Shown: positions 1 through 12,656 of the stretch, in pieces
Numbering within the stretch: the first letter of the stretch is position 1
Layout: each line of letters opens with the position of its first letter
Assembly (NCBI GenBank): GCA_963812605.1
Contig: CAWEWF010000006.1
Span: 64,001-128,000, forward strand
DNA length: 64,000 nt
Reading direction: 5' to 3'
Origin: an uncultured Verrucomicrobiae bacterium
GTDB lineage: Bacteria > Verrucomicrobiota > Verrucomicrobiia > Palsa-1439
Program-made: the position numbers and the translations under genes
Notes under the pieces: model-generated
The model's database searches: none
The model's input: the letters and a program-made list of their open reading frames with translations, nothing else
What the model was told of the DNA's origin: nothing

Positions 1-2979
<2,979 letters not shown>

Positions 2980-3008
2980 GAAGCGTAATGATACTAATGA
3001 TACTGTAG

Positions 3009-3338
3009 ATGAGCGTGCGAACTGAATCGAAAGTCCTGGCTCTGATGTGTGTTTTCTTTGGAGTCTTGTACGCCCAGATGATTCCCAAGATTTCTTCCAT
3101 CTGTGGCAATCTGGGACTCGGTCTACCGTTTTTTACTAGAGTAATTTTCTCGCCTGGCGCGGCTGGCTGGTCGCTAGCGTTCGGCGTGGTTGCTGGAATC
3201 GTTCTTTGGAAGGACTCTTGGAAGAGACTTCGAGTGCCCAATTCAATCTTTGCAATCACGCTCGCCACGATCGTGTGGACACTTTTAGCCGGTTTCCTCC
3301 CACCGATCATCGAGATTTTCAGGTTTGCTGCAGACTGA
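3009..3338 (+). CDS. Small membrane protein with GspF/PilC-like segments
   Basis: 109 aa, about three hydrophobic helices; MIPKISSICGNLGLGLPFFTRVI resembles the PilC/GspF periplasmic loop motif. Confidence 0.5.
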   Translation: MSVRTESKVLALMCVFFGVLYAQMIPKISSICGNLGLGLPFFTRVIFSPGAAGWSLAFGVVAGIVLWKDSWKRLRVPNSIFAITLATIVWTLLAGFLPPIIEIFRFAAD

Positions 3339-3355
3339 AACTGAGGAGAATCACA

Positions 3356-3631
3356 TTGATCACTGTTCGAATTGAGCATCACCCCGACAATGCGAAACTT
3401 GACCAGTTAGGGGTTGAAGCATGGCCCATCTGGGAGAAGGAAGTATCGGAGTTTCCTTGGCACTACGATGAAAAGGAAACGTGCTACTTGCTGGAAGGCG
3501 ACGTCACGGTAACGCCGGCAGGCGGAGAGCCGGTGCGTTTCGGCAAAGGTGATCTGGTCACCTTCCCCAAGGGCATGTCGTGCACATGGACGATGCACAA
3601 GGCCGTGCGCAAACACTACAAGTTCGGCTGA
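3356..3631 (+). CDS. Cupin domain protein (DUF861/EutQ-like)
   Basis: WPIWEKEVSEFPWHYDEKETCYLLEGDVTV..GDLVTFPKG; GAGGAG RBS upstream of TTG at 3356. Confidence 0.9.
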   Translation: MITVRIEHHPDNAKLDQLGVEAWPIWEKEVSEFPWHYDEKETCYLLEGDVTVTPAGGEPVRFGKGDLVTFPKGMSCTWTMHKAVRKHYKFG

Positions 3632-3820
3632 TCCCGCCAGGTCGGCAGCCACGCCCGCCTTTTTGCCAAGCTGGCAACTGGATGAATTGTCCGGTCAGAC
3701 CGTCGCCATAGACACACGCCGCGTTTGCCGAAGTTTTGGTTCGCAATGAACAATCCCGCTTCCCCCGGTAATCTCCGCACCCACTTCCAGACTTGACCCT
3801 CTCTGTTCGCGGATGTCATG

Positions 3821-3841
3821 ATAGATGTCAGTGACATCTAT
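3821..3841. promoter_or_regulatory. Putative PadR operator, copy 1
   Basis: Perfect inverted repeat ATAGATGTCA-G-TGACATCTAT just upstream of padR, overlapping a candidate promoter (TTGACC at 3793, CATGAT at 3817). Confidence 0.7.
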
Positions 3842-3847
3842 TATCGC

Positions 3848-4183
3848 ATGAAGATTGATCATTTTGCGAAGGATTTGGCGACGGGGTCTTACGACCTGCT
3901 GGTGTTGGATGCCTTGCAGGAGCGACCCGCGTACGGGTACGAGATCGTGCGCCGCATCTCCTTGCGGTCGAAACACATTCTCCGTTGGCATCTCGGGTCG
4001 GTGTACCACGTGTTGCATCACCTGGAACGCCAAGGCCTCGTTATTAGCCGCTGGAAGACTGTAGGACGAAGCCGCGAACGCAAGTATTACCGGCTGACCA
4101 CGCGCGGTCGCGCCGTCTGGCGTCGACAGCGTGCGCAGTGGCAATCCTTTAGCAAAGCGGTGAATGCCTTGCTCGGTCTGTAA
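3848..4183 (+). CDS. PadR family transcriptional regulator
   Basis: LLVLDAL..PAYGYEI..GSVYHVLHHLERQGLV..RKYYRLT winged-HTH signature. Confidence 0.92.
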   Translation: MKIDHFAKDLATGSYDLLVLDALQERPAYGYEIVRRISLRSKHILRWHLGSVYHVLHHLERQGLVISRWKTVGRSRERKYYRLTTRGRAVWRRQRAQWQSFSKAVNALLGL

Positions 4184-4368
4184 ATGCTCCTACATCCTTC
4201 ATCGAGAGGGCTGCGCTCTGACATGACCGTCATTCCGTGAATAGACGCGAGCCTTCGATTTCACTCAGTGCAATCCCCGCGCCTCCAACGAGCCCATCAA
4301 ACCGTCCTGGACCCAGCGGTATTGCGACGCGAAGCTAGGCCAACCGGTGTTTGTGTTGGTGTTACTGG

Positions 4369-4389
4369 ATAGATGTTAGTGACATCTAT
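4369..4389. promoter_or_regulatory. Putative PadR operator, copy 2
   Basis: ATAGATGTTAGTGACATCTAT, 20/21 identical to 3821-3841. Confidence 0.65.
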
Positions 4390-4452
4390 TAGACCAATGG
4401 GCCACAGACTGACTTGTGTCTGGGGTTGAGCCAGGAGGTGGACGACTGCCTT

Positions 4453-4555
4453 GTACTAGGTCCACATTGAAGTCGGTGGATGGCAGACCAATTCGCGATG
4501 CCCCTGCTCCGAACGCTTTCGTGGCTGTCCGTGTTTTCAAACTGACCCACTACCC
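4453..4555. repeat. Possible degenerate MITE-like element
   Basis: TCAAACTGACCCACTACC at 4537-4554 with a degenerate inverted partner near 4453-4471. Confidence 0.35.
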
Positions 4556-4635
4556 AACTCGCGAAAAGTTTGAGTCTTTTCGCGGGGCGTGCTAGGTTCC
4601 GAACAGTTACTCAACAAATTACAGGAGGCAAGGTG

Positions 4636-5154
4636 ATGAAAGCTGGCATTCTCGTGGTGGCGTCAATGATGGCGGTGGCAATCGTTTCCGCGCAAGCGGA
4701 GCCCGCAACGAAAGCGATTGCGGTGCTCTCGCCGACAAAGGGCAGCACCGTGTCCGGCACGGTGACGTTCACGAAGGTCGATGGCGGGATAAAAATCGTG
4801 GCCGACGTGGAGGGCCTGACTCCCGGCCTGCACGGCTTCCACATTCACGAGTTCGGCGACTGCAGCGCGCCCGACGCAACTTCGGCGGGCGGTCACTTCA
4901 ATCCGCATCACATGCAGCACGGCGGGCCTGATGCAGCCATGCGGCATGCCGGTGACTTCGGCAACCTCGAAGCGGACGCTTCCGGCAAGGCGCACTACGA
5001 GCGCGTGGACACCGTGATCTCCCTCGACGGCGCGGACTCCATCATCGGGCACGGCGTGATCGTGCATGCGGGCGCGGATGACCTGAAGACGCAGCCGACA
5101 GGCAACGCCGGCGCGCGCGTGGCATGCGGCGCCATCGGCGTGGCGAAACCGTAG
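4636..5154 (+). CDS. sodC: Cu/Zn superoxide dismutase with signal peptide
   Basis: HGFHIHE, GGHFNP, HAGDFGNL, GNAGARVACG motifs; AGGAGG RBS. Confidence 0.95.
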   Translation: MKAGILVVASMMAVAIVSAQAEPATKAIAVLSPTKGSTVSGTVTFTKVDGGIKIVADVEGLTPGLHGFHIHEFGDCSAPDATSAGGHFNPHHMQHGGPDAAMRHAGDFGNLEADASGKAHYERVDTVISLDGADSIIGHGVIVHAGADDLKTQPTGNAGARVACGAIGVAKP

Positions 5155-5193
5155 GGCTTGGGGAGCGGTGCGCTGGCCAACCGACCATCGCTA

Positions 5194-6099
5194 TTATTTT
5201 CCGACGGCATCGGGCGCGATAATCGCGGGCGAATTTGTTTTCGCCCGGCCGACCGTCGTGCCTGGTTCCGCCATCCTCCGCTCAAGTGTGCGACGAATGG
5301 ACGCCTGTCCTTGATCTGTTAGTTTGGCTGTCCATTGTCTGGCTTCGTCATTACGCCCCAGACGAATGCACGTACGCGCAAGGTTCGCGTACACGAATTG
5401 TCGCTGGTGATTATTCAGCGGCTGCTGGAGACAGAATTGCCACCCGTCGTACGCTCCCTGCCAATTCGGTTTGGGCATCATATAGAATGTCTCCGCATAG
5501 GTGCTGGCCATTTCGAAGTCCTGCGGCACGAGGTCGCGGGCCTGGCGGAATTGATCCAGACTGTGCTGGAAGATCTCTTCTTTGCTCCAACCGTACACCG
5601 CGTGCGACTCATTACGGAACATCTGGCACGTCGTCGCCCAGTTGAAGCGGAAGATCGGTTCGGTCGGCTCCAGATCGATGGCCTTTTGGTAGTACCGCAG
5701 CGCCTTGTCGGCGTGACCGTTGTGGCCATAATCATTGGCGAGGGCGTTGTACGCGTAGGCTTCGTGCGGATCGACCGCGATCGCCTTCTCCCACCAGCTG
5801 ACTCCTTCATTTTCACGATGCTGGTCGTAAAGCAGACTGCCGTAAGCAACCATCGCACGGGTGTGACCCGGGTGATCACTCAGGAAATGTTTGTAGTCGC
5901 CCTCCAGCCGGCGTTGTTCCGCTTTCCAGCGCGGGAGATCCGTGTCTGAGACCGTCTCGCTTTGCGCCTGAAGTTCCTCGCCGCGTGACAACAAGAAACG
6001 GAATTGTCGCTCCGCGTCGCGCGGGTCCTCTTCAGCCCGAACAACCTGTGAGAACAGTACCACCGCGAAGAAGCAAGTTGCCAGCAAACGCGTCGTCAT
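5194..6099 (-). CDS. Secreted tetratricopeptide repeat protein
   Basis: Signal peptide and TPR-like helices (WEKAIAVDP, YQKAIDLEP). Confidence 0.8.
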   Translation of the reverse strand: MTTRLLATCFFAVVLFSQVVRAEEDPRDAERQFRFLLSRGEELQAQSETVSDTDLPRWKAEQRRLEGDYKHFLSDHPGHTRAMVAYGSLLYDQHRENEGVSWWEKAIAVDPHEAYAYNALANDYGHNGHADKALRYYQKAIDLEPTEPIFRFNWATTCQMFRNESHAVYGWSKEEIFQHSLDQFRQARDLVPQDFEMASTYAETFYMMPKPNWQGAYDGWQFCLQQPLNNHQRQFVYANLARTCIRLGRNDEARQWTAKLTDQGQASIRRTLERRMAEPGTTVGRAKTNSPAIIAPDAVGK

Positions 6100-6102
6100 T
6101 CG

Positions 6103-6591
6103 TCAACGTCCCTTCCATTCCGCCGCGGGATTCTCCGCGTTGACACGCTTGTCCAATGGGTCATATTTTTCGGCAAGACCGAGTTCAAAGGGCTGGTTAT
6201 CGGGGTTCGGCGTGACCTGCCGGTATTGCGCATAACATTTGTAGCAAATCGTCACGTCGGGCAGAAACTTGAAGAGCAACCCATCCGCCAGGACAAATGC
6301 TGCCCAGACCAGCGTGCCTTCCACCAGGCGGTTCTTCCACGCGCAAAGCAAAAACAACAACGCGCCCACCATGAAGATGCTTACGCCCAGTGTGCGGTTG
6401 AAGTCCTTCTGCACGTATACCGTGTTGCAATCGCAGACGGCGCAGCGATCCACCATGTTATTCTGGCGCATCCGCTCCGTGATCCGCAGCCGAATCGTCT
6501 CGTGGCACAACGGACACGGCGATTCGTTCTGCGACAAATCGTCGAACTCCAACTCGTGCTTGCAGTGGGGACAGAGAAACTGAATCTTCAC
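6103..6591 (-). CDS. Membrane protein with several CxxC zinc-ribbon motifs
   Basis: CPHC, CPLC, CAVC, CYKC and two hydrophobic helices; adjacent to the TPR gene. Confidence 0.75.
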   Translation of the reverse strand: MKIQFLCPHCKHELEFDDLSQNESPCPLCHETIRLRITERMRQNNMVDRCAVCDCNTVYVQKDFNRTLGVSIFMVGALLFLLCAWKNRLVEGTLVWAAFVLADGLLFKFLPDVTICYKCYAQYRQVTPNPDNQPFELGLAEKYDPLDKRVNAENPAAEWKGR

Positions 6592-6665
6592 AACGTCAGC
6601 CTAACACAAGCCCACGCCCGTTCAAGACTGGACAACCCACCGCGCTTGGCGTATTCACCTGCCCG

Positions 6666-7778
6666 ATGAAAGCCGTCGTGCAACGTGTCGCCCGCGCGTC
6701 TGTCCGAATCGATGGCCAGACGGTCGGCGAAATCGGGCGCGGTCTGCTCGTGCTACTCGGCATTGGCAAGGACGACACCGCGGCGGATGCGGACTGGATG
6801 ATCAAGAAGCTGCTTGCGCTGCGCATTTTCCCAGATGATGCCAAGAACATGAATCGCTCGGTGACCGATATCGGCGGCGGGCTACTCATCGTGTCGCAGT
6901 TCACGCTGTACGGCGATGCCCGCAAAGGCACGCGCCCGAGTTTCACCGATGCGATGCCGCCCGCCGAAGCGGAACAGTTCTACAACGACTTCATGGTAAA
7001 ATTGCGCGCCGCCACGCCCTTGAAGGTCGCCGAAGGCAAATTCGCCGCGATGATGGACGTCGAATTGGTCAACGACGGCCCGGTGACGATTGTTTTGGAA
7101 AGCCCTGTTGGACAGGCGTCCCGCCTGTCGGCGCAAGCTGGACAACCGGCTGCAAGCGTAGCGCCTACGTCCACCGTTGAACAGGCGTCCCGCCTGTTCC
7201 AAGCCGGCCCCCCTTCGGTGTTTGTGCCGTTCGACCGCGATACTACCGTGGATACCAGCCGGCGGGACCTCCCGCACTGGCAACAGCGCGGACGCACGTA
7301 CTTCGTGACCTTCCGGCTCGCCGACTCTGTCCCCGCCGAGAAACTTAATCAATGGGAACAATTGGCTGACAAGAGCGTGGTCTTGCACGAGTTTCAGGAA
7401 TGGCTAGATCGCGGTCACGGCTCATGCTGGCTAAAGCAGTTGGAGTTGGCGACGATTGTGGAAAATGCGCTCTACAAATTTGATGGAGAACGTTACGCGC
7501 TCGGTGAGTTTGTTATCATGCCCACTCACGTGCATGTCCTGGTAACACCCCTTGGCCGGTATGAACTACCTGATATTCTACACTCATGGAAATCATACAC
7601 GGCGCATGAGATCAATCGCATGCTGAAACGCACCGGCAACATTTGGCAGGACGAGTCTTTTGACCACATCGTGCGCGATGAGCGGGCCTTGTTGCAGTTT
7701 ACGCAATACATTACTGCAAACCCCTCCCTGGCTGGCCTAAAAGAAGGTGAGTATCGTGTTGGTCGAGGAAAACGTTAA
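6666..7778 (+). CDS. dtd: D-aminoacyl-tRNA deacylase fused to a REP-associated tyrosine transposase (RAYT, Y1 HUH)
   Basis: aa 1-~147 Dtd (MKAVVQRV, SQFTL, NDGPVT); C-terminal RAYT (RRDLPHW, YFVTFRLADS, VIMPTHVHVL, WQDESFDHIVRD, YITANP). Confidence 0.9.
   Translation: MKAVVQRVARASVRIDGQTVGEIGRGLLVLLGIGKDDTAADADWMIKKLLALRIFPDDAKNMNRSVTDIGGGLLIVSQFTLYGDARKGTRPSFTDAMPPAEAEQFYNDFMVKLRAATPLKVAEGKFAAMMDVELVNDGPVTIVLESPVGQASRLSAQAGQPAASVAPTSTVEQASRLFQAGPPSVFVPFDRDTTVDTSRRDLPHWQQRGRTYFVTFRLADSVPAEKLNQWEQLADKSVVLHEFQEWLDRGHGSCWLKQLELATIVENALYKFDGERYALGEFVIMPTHVHVLVTPLGRYELPDILHSWKSYTAHEINRMLKRTGNIWQDESFDHIVRDERALLQFTQYITANPSLAGLKEGEYRVGRGKR
7107..7199. repeat. Two REP palindromes in the Dtd-RAYT linker
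   Basis: GTTGGACAGGCGTCCCGCCTGTC (7107-7129) and GTTGAACAGGCGTCCCGCCTGTTC (7176-7199). Confidence 0.85.
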
Positions 7779-7878
7779 ACAGGCATCTTGTCTGGCATTT
7801 GTGAATACGCATGCCAACAGGCGGGACGCCTGTTCAACACGGATCAGAAGCATTAATGGGCGGGACGCCCGCGCCACT
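7774..7878. repeat. REP cluster downstream of the RAYT domain
   Basis: 7816-7838 is the exact reverse complement of 7176-7198; GGGCGGGACGCCCGCGCCACT at 7858-7878 recurs at 10020-10040. Confidence 0.85.
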
Positions 7879-7883
7879 AATCC

Positions 7884-8675
7884 ATGAGAAAGCCCAACGA
7901 AAAGCATCCGGAGCCGCCGCTGACGTTTGGCGTGCCGCGCCATCTTGCCAATGTGACCGTCATCCTCGTCGAGCCGGCGGTGCCGGGCAATATCGGCTCG
8001 GCGGCGCGCGCGATGACCACGATGGGATTGACGGATCTCGTCGTGTTGAATGGCCCGAAGGATTTCCGCACGCACCTGCAAACCATCATGCTGGGACATG
8101 GCGCGGGCGAATTGCTGGCGAAAGCTCGCGCGGTGTCCACGTGGGAGGAAGCGACGGAGGGTCTGCACTGGCTCGTGGGCACGACGCACCGCAAACGCCG
8201 TCCGCAGTTTCCGCAAATTGTCGAAGCCCGACAGGCTGCGAAGAAAATCGTCGAGCTGACCCACAAACATCGCGTGGGGATCGTGTTCGGACGCGAAGAG
8301 GCGGGACTTTCCGACACCGAGCTGCGCCTCTGTCACGACATCGTCAGCGTGCCGCAAGCCGCCGAGCATCCGTCGTTAAACCTGTCGCAAGCGGTGATGC
8401 TGTTCGCCTACGAGGTTTATCTGGCCAGCATGGGCGACATCCCCAAACCGAAATACAACCTCGCGACAGTGCATGAAGTGGAATCGCTATTGCAACATCT
8501 GCAAGCGTCACTGGCCAAGATCGGTTTCCGCCCCCATCAAGGCGACCCCAATTCCTTCCTGCGCTCTCTCCGCCGCGCCATCGCCCGCGCCCCGCTCGAA
8601 AAACGCGACTGTAACGTCCTCCACCGCATCTGCCAGCAAATCGATTTCTACGTGGACGAGCATCCGAAGAAATAG
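7884..8675 (+). CDS. trmJ: TrmJ/LasT family SPOUT RNA methyltransferase
   Basis: PGNIGSAARAM, VFGREEAGLS, SLNLSQAV motifs. Confidence 0.88.
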   Translation: MRKPNEKHPEPPLTFGVPRHLANVTVILVEPAVPGNIGSAARAMTTMGLTDLVVLNGPKDFRTHLQTIMLGHGAGELLAKARAVSTWEEATEGLHWLVGTTHRKRRPQFPQIVEARQAAKKIVELTHKHRVGIVFGREEAGLSDTELRLCHDIVSVPQAAEHPSLNLSQAVMLFAYEVYLASMGDIPKPKYNLATVHEVESLLQHLQASLAKIGFRPHQGDPNSFLRSLRRAIARAPLEKRDCNVLHRICQQIDFYVDEHPKK

Positions 8676-8696
8676 AACGGGCGAGTTGTTAGGGCC

Positions 8697-9779
8697 TCAC
8701 GGCTTTCCTTCAGTTTCGCTAAGCGCAACAATCCGCTGGTTCTCGAACTTTTCATCTACAACTGTAATTCCACCGCCCCAGCCGGCACATACCAAGCCAA
8801 GCTTCCCCCAGTGAGCCATCACGACATTTGAATGTTGTTCCAGAACTTCTCCTTTTTGAGAGATCATCCGAGGACCAGTCCCGGGAATCTTCTTCCCACT
8901 TGCTACATCGATCACCCAGGCTGCGGTAGCAAAAATTCTCTTTCCGTCTGCGCTCCATGTGGGGTTAATGCCGCTGTGTTTACCATTGCGTTTGTCGTCA
9001 GGATTAGGCAGGAGGTGGGGATTTGCGCCGTCAATGCCCATGAGATACAACCCACCAGTCTTTGCATCCCCCATGTGAACGTAGGCGATCGTCTTACCGT
9101 CCGGCGAAACGGATGGTTGGCGATCACCAGGGCCTTCCGTGAGGTAAATGCGGTTTCTACCATCTATATCGCACTTGACGATTCTACCACGGCCACCTCC
9201 GCGCAAAGATTCAGCAAATACAAGCTGTTCCCCACCGGGCATCCAACTGGGACTGTCTATCGCTTGCAAATGCCCATCGATCATTGACGGTGTGATAGCG
9301 CGTTCCAAGCCGCTCCCGTCGAGACCCATCGTCCACAACCCTGTTACGTCACTGCCAGCAAAGAGTACGGATAGCGCGATCTTGTGTGTGTGTTTGTTCA
9401 GGTCCATCCAGCACGAATATCCTTGCGTGTCGATGGGGTAATTTGGATTCTTCCAAAGCTCCTTGATGTCGGTCTTCTCGCTCCCATCCGGCTTCATTTT
9501 GCAGAGATAGATACTAACGCCATGACGAATGTCCTCAGTTTTGCTGCCACTAAAAAGGTCACCAATGAGATAATGTTTGCGTGTGAACGAACTGACTTGT
9601 TTGAGGAAATAGATTTCGTATTCTGTCTCGCTGAAGTGTGGATTCTCGCCCGGCTTGCTCGGCAGCGTCATCGACGGACCCCAATCGGCGCAGAGATATT
9701 CAACGTTTTTGAATTCTCCGGCGAAGGTGACCGTAGATAAAGAGACCAGTAAGGTGCAAAGATGGAGACTTTTCGACAT
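8697..9779 (-). CDS. Secreted TolB-like beta-propeller protein
   Basis: Signal peptide; PD40-like repeats (PSWMPGG, PSVSPDGKTIAY, PTWSADGK). Confidence 0.75.
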   Translation of the reverse strand: MSKSLHLCTLLVSLSTVTFAGEFKNVEYLCADWGPSMTLPSKPGENPHFSETEYEIYFLKQVSSFTRKHYLIGDLFSGSKTEDIRHGVSIYLCKMKPDGSEKTDIKELWKNPNYPIDTQGYSCWMDLNKHTHKIALSVLFAGSDVTGLWTMGLDGSGLERAITPSMIDGHLQAIDSPSWMPGGEQLVFAESLRGGGRGRIVKCDIDGRNRIYLTEGPGDRQPSVSPDGKTIAYVHMGDAKTGGLYLMGIDGANPHLLPNPDDKRNGKHSGINPTWSADGKRIFATAAWVIDVASGKKIPGTGPRMISQKGEVLEQHSNVVMAHWGKLGLVCAGWGGGITVVDEKFENQRIVALSETEGKP

Positions 9780-9929
9780 AAACTGATTAGTCCCGCATAA
9801 CCGCAAGTTTCTGGTCATTTTCCCTCGCGCAGATAGTTTGGTAACGAAACCAGATCGATGGGGTCTTTTAATAGCGAAAACTTGTGCTCAAGGGAAGAGA
9901 TAACACCGGAGTGAAGCGCATACAAGTTT

Positions 9930-10040
9930 GTCACCCTGAGTGAAGCGAAAGGTCTAGCTCCGAGTGCGGGCCAGATTCTTCGCTTGGCTCAGAATGACAC
10001 CGCTCAGTAAAAAATAAACGGGCGGGACGCCCGCGCCACT
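9930..10040. repeat. REPIN-like inverted pair plus a REP copy
   Basis: GTCACCCTGAGTGAAGCGAAAGGTCT..AGATTCTTCGCTTGGCTCAGAATGAC (9930-9998), same family as the 28004-28320 ends; REP at 10020-10040. Confidence 0.8.
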
Positions 10041-10044
10041 ACTG

Positions 10045-10926
10045 CTACTTCACGTGTTCCCACGCGTGGTAGGAACTGCGGACGAGGGGGCCGGATTCGA
10101 CGTGGCGGAAGCTTAGTTGCAGGGCGTCGTCCTTGAAGGCGGCGAATTCTTCGGGCGTGACGTAGCGGGTGACGGTCAACTGGTCTTCGGACGGGCGCAG
10201 ATACTGGCCGAGCGTTAAAATATCGCAGCCGTGTTGGCGCAGGTCGCGGAAGATTTCCAGCAACTCTTCGCGGGTCTCGCCCAAACCGAGCATCAGACCC
10301 GATTTCGTCAGAATATCACCGCGAAATTCTTTCGCCATCTCCAGGACACGCAGCGAACGCTCGTACATCGCGCCGGGGCGCACTTGTTTGTACAGGCGCG
10401 GGACGGTTTCCATGTTGTGCGCTAGGACGGCGAGCGGAGTTTTCGCCACGCGCGCGATACAGGCTGACTCGCCGCGGAAATCCGGGATCAACATTTCCAA
10501 TTTGCAGTCCGGTAGCCGCGCATGAATCATTTCAATCGTGCGGCCGATGTGGTCCGCGCCCTGGTCGGGCAAATCATCGCGCGTCACGGAGGTGAGCACG
10601 CAATAATCGAGTTTCATCGCCGCGACAACCTCGGCGACGTGCTCGGGCTCGTCCGCATCGAGAAAGCCGGGCCGTCCCTTATCGACCGCGCAGAAATTGC
10701 AACGCCGCGTGCAAACGTCGCCCATGAGCATGAACGTCGCCGCGCCATGCGACCAGCACTCGCCCATGTTCGGGCATTTGGCCTCTTCGCAAACGGTGTG
10801 CAGCTTGAACTCGCGCAGGACGTTCTTCAGGTAGGCATAGCGTTCGCCGCCCGGCACGCGCTGCCGAATCCATGGCGGCAGGCGCCGCTGCGGCGTCGGC
10901 TCAATTGTGAGGAGTGCGGAGTCCAT
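10045..10926 (-). CDS. lipA: Lipoyl synthase
   Basis: CEEAKCPNMGEC and CTRRCNFC cluster motifs; RSSYHA C-terminus. Confidence 0.97.
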   Translation of the reverse strand: MDSALLTIEPTPQRRLPPWIRQRVPGGERYAYLKNVLREFKLHTVCEEAKCPNMGECWSHGAATFMLMGDVCTRRCNFCAVDKGRPGFLDADEPEHVAEVVAAMKLDYCVLTSVTRDDLPDQGADHIGRTIEMIHARLPDCKLEMLIPDFRGESACIARVAKTPLAVLAHNMETVPRLYKQVRPGAMYERSLRVLEMAKEFRGDILTKSGLMLGLGETREELLEIFRDLRQHGCDILTLGQYLRPSEDQLTVTRYVTPEEFAAFKDDALQLSFRHVESGPLVRSSYHAWEHVK

Positions 10927-11044
10927 TATTCGTGTGATACAGGATAAATCACCGCACCACATTTGTCACGCGCCACCAGCATTCGATAGTGTCTTAGATT
11001 ACCGGACTGGAGGACCACCCTCTCCCTACGCGGCCGATTTTTTG

Positions 11045-11177
11045 GGCGGTGTCTTAATTTGCATCCGCCAACTGTAGCCGAAGCGTAAGCTTCGGTGGTG
11101 GCAATGCGAATTCCCGAAGCTTACGCTTCGGCTACAAAACACGAACGATGAGCAATGCGGCAAATTAAGACAGTGCC
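11045..11177. repeat. Nested inverted repeats (REPIN within a MITE-like pair)
   Basis: Outer GGCGGTGTCTTAATTTGC / GCAAATTAAGACAGTGCC; inner perfect pair TGTAGCCGAAGCGTAAGCTTCGG / CCGAAGCTTACGCTTCGGCTACA (11073-11136). Confidence 0.8.
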
Positions 11178-11246
11178 ATTTTTTGAGTTGTTTTGAGCCT
11201 TCCGTGAGCAATACTGTCCAATTGCGAGTATCTTCCTGGCGGCGAG

Positions 11247-12656
11247 ATGAGCGGGCAAAACAAACCGCGGTTGACGATCTTCGAGGTCGCGCTATTCCTG
11301 ATAGTGCTGGCCATCGGCTGGGCGGCGCTCCGCGCTTTTCGCGTTGCCCGACAAGTCGACCAGATCCCCATCACTTTCCGCACCATGCCCGACGATTATT
11401 TCCGCATCGCGGATTATCTCGAACCGTCCATCGGCGAGTTGAATGACATCCTGCTGCATTACACGACGAAGCATGATCGCACCGAATGGGAGCGTTTCCA
11501 GCGCAAGAGCCAGGAATTGAAGGAGTGGCTGACCGACATGAAGGCGTCCACCCTGAAAACGAAGATCACCATGTTGCAGCCCGTCGAGATCACCACCGAC
11601 TTGAGCACGCTCCTCAATCAAATCGACACGGAATACGAGGCCTACCTGGTCGAGGCCCGGCGCGTGGCGAAGGAAACGGGGGCATTGGAGAATTCCGACC
11701 AGGGCGCCCCGAAACTGGACAAGGTCCGTCTGCAATCCCGGAAGCTGGTGGCGCTGGCCAGCCGGGCCCGTTCCCAGGGCCAGGCGATCCAGATTTTCCT
11801 GTCGGGCTCGAAATCCTGGTTCCCGTGGCTCCAGCACGTCCTGGTGGCGGCCCTGCTGTTGCTGGTCGCGTTCGGTATTTGGGTGACGCTGGTCGCCTAT
11901 CGTCGCGTGGTCTCCCCGTTGCGCCGCCGCCTGACGGAAAGCGACACCATTATCGAGCGCAGCCTGAAGATGGCGCACTTCGGCGAGCTCGCCGCCGGTG
12001 TCGCGCATGAAATCCGCAATCCCCTGACCGCGATCCGCGCGCGGCTGTTCACCCTGCAGAAAACCCTCGTGACCGGCACGCCCGCCCACGAAGACGCCCT
12101 GGTCATCCGCAACGAAATCGACCGCCTGAACCGCATCGTCACCGACTTTCTGCAACTCGCCCGTCCGGCCGAACCACGCCTGATGCCGATCACGCCCGAC
12201 AAATTATTGCACGAGATTCGCGACCTTTTTGCGCCGCAATGCGAGCGGCAAAACATCCAACTGAAAATCGACCCCGTGAACGGCGCGCAGTTTCTTGCCG
12301 ACCCGCAGCAAATGAAGCAGGTGTTGATCAACCTCATCCAAAACGCCGCGGACAGCATCGAGGTCGACGGCGTGATCACGTTGCGCGCGCGCCAGGACAC
12401 GCGCCCACTTCATGAGCGGACCGTCCAAGTCGTGGTCCTGGAAGTCAGCGATACCGGGGTGGGTATTCCTCCCGACGTACAAAACCGTCTTTTTGACCCG
12501 TTTTTCAGCACAAAAAAAGGCGGGACGGGCCTCGGCCTGTCAATTGCTGCACAAATTGTGAATAATCATCATGGTAAATTGGAATTCCACACGGAAGCGG
12601 GCCGCGGCACGACGTTCGCGATAGTGCTGCCCGCGACACAGGAACATCCATCGTGA
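11247..12656 (+). CDS. Membrane sensor histidine kinase
   Basis: Two TM helices; H-box AHEIRNPL; N, G1, F and G2 boxes. Confidence 0.95.
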   Translation: MSGQNKPRLTIFEVALFLIVLAIGWAALRAFRVARQVDQIPITFRTMPDDYFRIADYLEPSIGELNDILLHYTTKHDRTEWERFQRKSQELKEWLTDMKASTLKTKITMLQPVEITTDLSTLLNQIDTEYEAYLVEARRVAKETGALENSDQGAPKLDKVRLQSRKLVALASRARSQGQAIQIFLSGSKSWFPWLQHVLVAALLLLVAFGIWVTLVAYRRVVSPLRRRLTESDTIIERSLKMAHFGELAAGVAHEIRNPLTAIRARLFTLQKTLVTGTPAHEDALVIRNEIDRLNRIVTDFLQLARPAEPRLMPITPDKLLHEIRDLFAPQCERQNIQLKIDPVNGAQFLADPQQMKQVLINLIQNAADSIEVDGVITLRARQDTRPLHERTVQVVVLEVSDTGVGIPPDVQNRLFDPFFSTKKGGTGLGLSIAAQIVNNHHGKLEFHTEAGRGTTFAIVLPATQEHPS

